NCBI GenBank assembly: GCA_043425375.1
Contig: JBHWQC010000016.1
Coordinates: forward strand, 1 to 56,543
DNA length: 56,543 nt
Direction of reading: 5' to 3'
From: Atopostipes sp.
GTDB lineage: Bacteria; Bacillota; Bacilli; Lactobacillales; Carnobacteriaceae_A
A program made the translations under genes and the position numbers. The notes below the pieces were generated by a model. It saw only the letters and a program-made list of their open reading frames with translations. It did no database searches and had not been told where the DNA came from. Below, one piece after another: positions 51,313 to 56,543 of the stretch. Numbering within the stretch: position 1 is the stretch's first letter; every line of letters begins with the position of its first letter.

Positions 51313-51356
51313 AAAGAGTTCAACCTTATCACAAACCATAAGGTTGAACTCTTTTT
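51313..51356 (+). terminator. Intrinsic terminator after murB
   Basis: aaagagttcaaccttat / ataaggttgaactcttt perfect inverted repeat. Confidence 0.85.
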
Positions 51357-51365
51357 AGTTTTCCC

Positions 51366-51396
51366 TTGACCTTCACGTGACGTAAAGTTCTATACT
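51366..51396 (+). promoter_or_regulatory. MerR-type promoter with a 19-bp spacer and dyad operator (autoregulation)
   Basis: TTGACC-19 bp-TATACT; imperfect dyad CTTCACGT-G-ACGTAAAG in the spacer. Confidence 0.85.
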
Positions 51397-51414
51397 AATA
51401 AAGGAGGTGAGGAG

Positions 51415-52185
51415 ATGGAATATACAGTCAGTCAGCTGGCTCATTTGTCGAGGGTGAGCGCGCGCACTTTGCGGTATTACGATGAAATTGATTTATTAAA
51501 ACCTTATCGCGTCAGTTCAAATGGGTACCGGATTTACGGGCCACAAGAAGTGGATCTACTGCAACAGATTTTATTTTACAAAGAGCTGGCACTGCCTTTA
51601 GATGAAATCAAACAAATCATTCACAGTGAAAACTTTGATATCAATGTAGCGTTGAAAAACCATCTGATTCAGCTGAACCGTAAAAAACAGCGTTTAGAGG
51701 AGCTGATTCAAGCCGTCGAAAAAACCCTCCAAACAAAGAAAGGGGCAAGCAAAATGAGCGATCAAGAGAAATTCGATGCCTTTAAAAAAGACCAACTGCG
51801 TCGAAATGAAGAACAGTATGGTAGGGAAATACGAGAAAAGTACGGAAAAAACGTGGTAGAAAAGTCAAATGAAAAAGCGGCTGGGATGACACAAGCGGAT
51901 TACCACACACTCAAACAATTGACCGAACAGTTGAATGAGGAATTGAGAAAAGCAACCAAAGAGGGCCAGCCAGAAAGTGCATGCGGACAAGCAGTTGCCG
52001 CCTTGCATCAAAAATGGATCAAACAAACTTGGCCGGAGGGCTACTACAGCGAAGAGAAGCATTATCATTTAAGTCGGATGTATATTGAGGACCCACGCTT
52101 TACAGCTTACTACAATCAGATTGAACCCGGCGCAGCTGATTTTTTGCATGAAGCTTTGAAAATTTATTTAGAAAGACACGAATAG
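51415..52185 (+). CDS. MerR-family regulator, Mta/TipA-like (TipAS C-terminal domain)
   Basis: SARTLRYYDEIDLLKP, NGYRIY, EQYGREIREKYG and MYIEDPRFTAYY motifs. Confidence 0.92.
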   Translation: MEYTVSQLAHLSRVSARTLRYYDEIDLLKPYRVSSNGYRIYGPQEVDLLQQILFYKELALPLDEIKQIIHSENFDINVALKNHLIQLNRKKQRLEELIQAVEKTLQTKKGASKMSDQEKFDAFKKDQLRRNEEQYGREIREKYGKNVVEKSNEKAAGMTQADYHTLKQLTEQLNEELRKATKEGQPESACGQAVAALHQKWIKQTWPEGYYSEEKHYHLSRMYIEDPRFTAYYNQIEPGAADFLHEALKIYLERHE

Positions 52186-52206
52186 TTTAGATCGAACGAT
52201 AAAACA

Positions 52207-52332
52207 CCTGCCTTGAAAAATCAAAACAAGGCAGTTCTTTTGCGTAAAGCAGCCTTATTTTAAAAAAGTGAAGCAGGTATAGAGTAGACAGCAGCCTCAA
52301 TTTATACTAACAAGGCAACTCAGATATTCGCG
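52207..52332. repeat. Three degenerate palindromic units at 42-bp period
   Basis: GCCT starts at 52210, 52252 and 52294, each followed after 15 nt by A(G/A)GCA. Unit 1 may double as the MerR-gene terminator. Confidence 0.55.
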
Positions 52333-52436
52333 TAAAACAAAAGACAGAAAAAAGGGGTAAAATTGAGAAATAAAGATTGCGTTTTGGGCAGATTTGAATA
52401 TAATAAATTGAATGAAAAAAATCGAGATCAACTGAG

Positions 52437-53549
52437 GTGAAGAAATTGACAGAAACTATTGTGACTTTTCAACATGTGATGAAAAAATACGAAGAGATGA
52501 CTGTACTGAAGGATGTATCCTTCCAATTAGAAAAAGGGAAGTTTTATACTTTGCTGGGGCCATCAGGTTGCGGAAAAACGACCATTCTTAATGTAATTGC
52601 CGGTTTTGCGAAAGCGGATTCAGGCAGTGTGAAAATTGCCGGCGAAGAAGTCAACGCTATCCCTGCCCATAAACGCCAAGTCAACACTGTGTTTCAAGAT
52701 TATGCCTTGTTTCCACATATGAATGTCTTTGACAATGTCGCCTTTGGTCTGCGGATGAAAAAGCTGCCCAAACAGAGGATTAAAGAAAAAGTAGAAGAAG
52801 CCCTGGATATGGTGCGCCTTAATGAGTTTGCTAATCGTTCCATCGCTGACATGTCGGGCGGTCAAAAACAACGCGTGGCTATTGCCCGGGCCCTTGTCAA
52901 TGAACCGGATGTGCTTTTGCTGGATGAACCACTTTCAGCCCTAGATTTAAAATTACGGACCGATATGCAGTACGAACTAAGTGAGTTACAAAAACGCTTA
53001 GGCATCACCTTTTTATTTGTTACCCATGACCAAGAAGAAGCCCTGGCGATGAGTGATGAAATCTTTGTCATGAAGGAAGGACAAATCGTCCAAAAAGGCA
53101 CCCCGATGGCTATTTACGATGAGCCGCTGAACCGTTATATAGCTGATTTCATTGGCGAAAGCAATATTGTGGAAGGGCAAATGGTTGCCGATTACCGCGT
53201 CCAATTTGCCAGCTCCACCTTTGATTGTGTGGATGGCGGTATTCCTCAAAATGAAAGAGTTGATGTGATGATACGACCAGAAGATTTGGAAATCACCAGC
53301 CCCAAACGAGGAAAGTTTGTCGCAAAAGTGGATACACAATTATTCCGCGGCGTGCACTATGAAATAATTTTATATGATGAAATGGCTAATGAATGGATGG
53401 TGCATTCAACAAAAAAGGCTACCGTAGGCTCCACCGTTGGAGTTAATTTTTCGAAAGACAGTATTCATGTGATGCGTAGAAATGAATCGGAAAAAGACTT
53501 TTACAAGCGTCTTGAAAAGTATACAAAAAAGGCGGTGAATTTAGTATGA
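52437..53549 (+). CDS. potA: Spermidine/putrescine ABC transporter ATP-binding protein
   Basis: [29 protein letters not shown] and [10 protein letters not shown] motifs; true start may be TTG 52446. Confidence 0.95.
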   Translation: MKKLTETIVTFQHVMKKYEEMTVLKDVSFQLEKGKFYTLLGPSGCGKTTILNVIAGFAKADSGSVKIAGEEVNAIPAHKRQVNTVFQDYALFPHMNVFDNVAFGLRMKKLPKQRIKEKVEEALDMVRLNEFANRSIADMSGGQKQRVAIARALVNEPDVLLLDEPLSALDLKLRTDMQYELSELQKRLGITFLFVTHDQEEALAMSDEIFVMKEGQIVQKGTPMAIYDEPLNRYIADFIGESNIVEGQMVADYRVQFASSTFDCVDGGIPQNERVDVMIRPEDLEITSPKRGKFVAKVDTQLFRGVHYEIILYDEMANEWMVHSTKKATVGSTVGVNFSKDSIHVMRRNESEKDFYKRLEKYTKKAVNLV

Positions 53550-54364
53550 AAAAAGCTTCCACCGGTTCCCTTGTCCTGATGCCTTATAGCTTGTGGCTGG
53601 CGCTTTTTGTCTTTGCGCCGCTGGTATTGCTTATCTACCAGTCTTTTCTCAATTTAAATGGAGACTTTACGCTAGAAAATATTGTCACGTATTTTACTTC
53701 CGTCACCTATTTATCGATGACGGGGCAATCTTTTCTGTTTGCGGGATGGATTACGCTTGTCACCTTGCTGATTAGTTATCCAGCTGCCTATGTTTTAACT
53801 CGAACCGACAACAAAGAGTTGTGGCGGATGCTGCTTCTGTTGCCGACGTGGATTAATATTTTGCTCAAAGCCTATGCGTTTATTGGACTGCTCAGCCAAT
53901 CGGGTTTAGTCAATCAATGGTTAGAAGCTGTTGGTATCGGCAGTCAGCAAATTTTGTTTACGAATTTCAGCTTCCTCGTGGTTGCTTCTTACGTTGAACT
54001 GCCTTTTATGATGCTGCCGATTTTGAATGCCATTGATGACATTGATCCTTCTTTAATTAAAGCGAGTCATGACCTGGGGGCTAATGCTTGGGAGACACTG
54101 AAAACGGTCATTTTCCCTTTGTCCATGAATGGCGTTCGAAGTGGGGTGCAGGCCGTCTTTATACCATCCCTTTCTCTCTTTATGTTGACGCGTTTAATCG
54201 GAGGGAACCGAGTGATTACTTTAGGGACAGCGATTGAACAGCATTTCTTAGTGACGCAAAACTGGGGCATGGGTTCAACTATTGGCATCGTCCTTGTGGT
54301 TTTAATGTTTGTGGTCATGGCGTTCACCAATAATCCGCAGGCCAGAAAAAGAGGGGGAAAATAA
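53546..54364 (+). CDS. potB: Spermidine/putrescine ABC transporter permease
   Basis: [13 protein letters not shown] and ASHDLGA (EAA-like) motifs; operon order. Confidence 0.93.
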   Translation: MKKASTGSLVLMPYSLWLALFVFAPLVLLIYQSFLNLNGDFTLENIVTYFTSVTYLSMTGQSFLFAGWITLVTLLISYPAAYVLTRTDNKELWRMLLLLPTWINILLKAYAFIGLLSQSGLVNQWLEAVGIGSQQILFTNFSFLVVASYVELPFMMLPILNAIDDIDPSLIKASHDLGANAWETLKTVIFPLSMNGVRSGVQAVFIPSLSLFMLTRLIGGNRVITLGTAIEQHFLVTQNWGMGSTIGIVLVVLMFVVMAFTNNPQARKRGGK

Positions 54365-55173
54365 TGCGCGAACAACTTAAATGGTCGAAATTGTATCTCT
54401 TTTTTGTGTTTGTGCTTTTGTATGTGCCGATTTTGTATTTGGTGTTCTTTTCTTTTAATGAAGGAGGAACAATGAATCAGTTTACTGGCTTTACATTGGA
54501 ACATTATACCAATGTCTTGCAAGATCAACGCTTGCTTCAAATTGTCATTGATACCTTAATAATTGCTTTATTGTCCGCTCTTATAGCCACTATTATTGGG
54601 ACGTTGGGTGCAGTAGGCGTGCATACTGTTAAACACAAAAATACGCAAAGAATGCTCCTTAATGCCAATAATATTCTGCTAGTGTCACCCGATGTCATTA
54701 TCGGTTCAAGTTTTTTGCTCTTATTTACGATGATCGGCTTTCAACTCGGATTTGTGTCGGTGCTTTTTTCCCACATCGCCTTTAGTATTCCGATTGTTGT
54801 CTTAATGGTCTTGCCTAGTTTAGAAGAAATGAACCCCACTATGATTCAGGCCGCGCAAGATTTAGGTGCCAATGGCTGGCAGATTTTAACGCATGTCATC
54901 TTACCCAATATCCTCCCCGGAATTTTTGCGGGTTTTTTTATGGCTCTGACTTATTCTTTGGATGACTTTGCCGTCACTTTTTTTGTAACTGGAAATGGCT
55001 TTACGACTTTGGCTGTCGAAATCTATTCGCGCGCTCGTCAAGGGGTCAGTTTAGAAATCAATGCTTTGAGTGCTTTGCTCTTTTTAGGCGCTTTGATGCT
55101 GGTATTTGGTTACTATTCGATTTCAAAATACACTATACGCGTGCGTAAGATGAAAAGGCTGGTGACGCAATAA
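54364..55173 (+). CDS. potC: Spermidine/putrescine ABC transporter permease
   Basis: LYVPI, SPDVIIG, AAQDLGA and SLDDFAVTFF motifs. Confidence 0.93.
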   Translation: MREQLKWSKLYLFFVFVLLYVPILYLVFFSFNEGGTMNQFTGFTLEHYTNVLQDQRLLQIVIDTLIIALLSALIATIIGTLGAVGVHTVKHKNTQRMLLNANNILLVSPDVIIGSSFLLLFTMIGFQLGFVSVLFSHIAFSIPIVVLMVLPSLEEMNPTMIQAAQDLGANGWQILTHVILPNILPGIFAGFFMALTYSLDDFAVTFFVTGNGFTTLAVEIYSRARQGVSLEINALSALLFLGALMLVFGYYSISKYTIRVRKMKRLVTQ

Positions 55174-56243
55174 TGAAAAAACTGCTGCAATTTACGTTGG
55201 GTATTTTAACGCTTGTGCTGTTATTGTTTGCGGCCAATGCTTATTTAAATACCACCATGCGGTCCCAAAGCGCAGGCACACTGACGATTTACAATTGGGG
55301 CGATTATATCGATCCGGAGCTGCTCGATGCTTTTGAAGAAGAATCGGGTTTGCAAATCATCTATGAAACCTTTGACTCCAACGAAGCGATGTACACGAAA
55401 ATTGACCAGGGCGGCACGTCTTACGATATCGCCATTCCTTCTGAATATATGATTGAGCGAATGATTGAAGAAAAGATGCTCCATCCGCTCGATCATTCAA
55501 AAATTAAGGGGCTCGAACATCTCGTCCCTGACTTTTTGGATTTGCCCTTTGATCCGAACAATCAATATTCTGTTCCGTATTTTTGGGGGACGCTGGGGAT
55601 TGTCTACAATGATACACTGATTGAAGAAGGGGCGGTGACCGCTTGGGAAGATTTATGGCATCCGGCCTTTCAAGAAAGCATTTTGCTGATTGACGGAGCC
55701 CGTGAAATTGTCGGTTTAACTTTACAAAATCTCGGGTATTCATATAATTCGACCGCTTTAAATGAATTGCAAGAAGCGGAAGCCAAGCTAGAATGGTTAG
55801 CGCCAAATATCAAAGCGATTGTGGCCGATGAAATCAAAATGTATATGATTCAAGAAGAAGCGCCTTTAGCGGTCACGTTTTCTGGCGAAGCGGCAGATAT
55901 GATGGGGGAGAATGAAAATTTGCATTATGTCTTACCAAAAGAAGGGTCCAATTTATGGTTTGACAACATGGTCATTCCTAAAACAGCCCAAAATATAGAC
56001 GGCGCTCATGCCTTTATCTCTTTTATGCTGCGGCCCGAAAATGCCGCCTTGAATGCAGAATATATTGGTTACAGCTCGCCGAATCAGACGGCGATTGAGG
56101 AACTCATCGATGAAGAAATAACTTCGGACCAACAATTTTACCCCGATTTGGACGAAATGGATGGTTTAGAAGTGGCCGAAAATTTAGGTCTTGAATTTAT
56201 TGGTCTTTACAATGATATCTTCTTGGAATTTAAAATGGAATAA
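55173..56243 (+). CDS. potD: Spermidine/putrescine ABC transporter substrate-binding protein
   Basis: IYNWGDYID, FDSNEAM, PYFWGT and EGSNLWFD motifs. Confidence 0.95.
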   Translation: MKKLLQFTLGILTLVLLLFAANAYLNTTMRSQSAGTLTIYNWGDYIDPELLDAFEEESGLQIIYETFDSNEAMYTKIDQGGTSYDIAIPSEYMIERMIEEKMLHPLDHSKIKGLEHLVPDFLDLPFDPNNQYSVPYFWGTLGIVYNDTLIEEGAVTAWEDLWHPAFQESILLIDGAREIVGLTLQNLGYSYNSTALNELQEAEAKLEWLAPNIKAIVADEIKMYMIQEEAPLAVTFSGEAADMMGENENLHYVLPKEGSNLWFDNMVIPKTAQNIDGAHAFISFMLRPENAALNAEYIGYSSPNQTAIEELIDEEITSDQQFYPDLDEMDGLEVAENLGLEFIGLYNDIFLEFKME

Positions 56244-56250
56244 GCTTTAA

Positions 56251-56478
56251 CACATTTGCGAAAGAAGTAGACAGTCTAGCCTTGGCGAATGCTCACCCTT
56301 GACCAGGACATTAATGCTAGTAAGAATCTTTTGGCTTTAGCCAAATAAAAAAAAAACCCAGCTTTTGAACCTACTTACTATTCAATTCCTCTGTTTGTAC
56401 GAAAGTTTTCTAAACGAGCATGACGTTCGTAGGAAGCCCACTTCAAAATCCAAAAGATTTAAGTGGCGAGTAGTTCAC
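56251..56478 (+). mobile_element. Degenerate IS200/IS605-family remnant: tnpB 3' fragment, omegaRNA-like region and right end
   Basis: 56301-56348 reads DQDINASKNLLALAK* (TnpB RuvC-III DRDxNA motif). The 3' end is GAAGCCCACTT-loop-AAGTGGCGAGTAGTTCAC. Left boundary uncertain. Confidence 0.75.
56261..56348 (+). pseudogene. tnpB: tnpB C-terminal fragment (frameshifted, zinc finger lost)
   Basis: KEVDSLAL, then a frameshift, then DQDINASKNLLALAK*; compare the typical KEVKNLxxREWxCxxCGxxHDRDINASKN. Confidence 0.7.
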
Positions 56479-56479
56479 T

Positions 56480-56520
56480 AAGCACTTTATGGATGACCGT
56501 CCATAAGGTGTTTTTTTCTT
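56480..56520 (+). terminator. Intrinsic terminator, probably the original potABCD terminator
   Basis: gcactttatgga / tccataaggtgt hairpin followed by a T-run. Confidence 0.8.
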
Positions 56521-56543
56521 GCCTACTCACTGATTTTCAACAG

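Noticed and set aside
52207..52332. 42-bp array as a degenerate CRISPR
   Set aside because: Intervening segments are only about 15 nt, the units are poorly conserved, and no cas genes or leader are present.

Overview
56.5 kb chromosomal window from a low-GC Firmicute. Gene content suggests Lactobacillales, probably Carnobacteriaceae-like (inference). It is mostly housekeeping: the end of an F1Fo ATP synthase operon (atpA'-atpG-atpD-atpC), an Ldh_2-type dehydrogenase plus malic enzyme, copB with a cop box, tRNA-Glu/Tyr/Gln, cdaA-cdaR-glmM, galT, a staphyloxanthin-type C30 carotenoid tailoring operon (crtP-aldH-crtQ-crtO) with a divergent tocopherol-cyclase-family gene, an M16C peptidase, tsaB-rimI-rimI-tsaD, an ABC-F ATPase, rex, CIRCE-groES-groEL, alr, cinA, tsaE, a yybP-ykoY riboswitch upstream of a P2A ATPase, murB, a MerR regulator and potABCD. 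No CRISPR array, prophage or intact transposase was seen. The most notable signals are: (1) an XRE regulator and a membrane-anchored partner that appear to share an Sm/LSm-like C-terminal domain; (2) a decayed tnpB/IS200-IS605 remnant that keeps an omegaRNA-like right end, lying between potD and its terminator; (3) the tocopherol-cyclase-like gene facing the carotenoid operon; (4) an AT-rich membrane protein with a DUF536-like tail between two similar terminator hairpins; (5) an Asp-to-Val change at a key ion-binding residue of the P2A ATPase; (6) a 42-bp-period palindromic array upstream of potA with a dispersed copy. All calls were made by eye and from remembered family motifs; no database searches were run.
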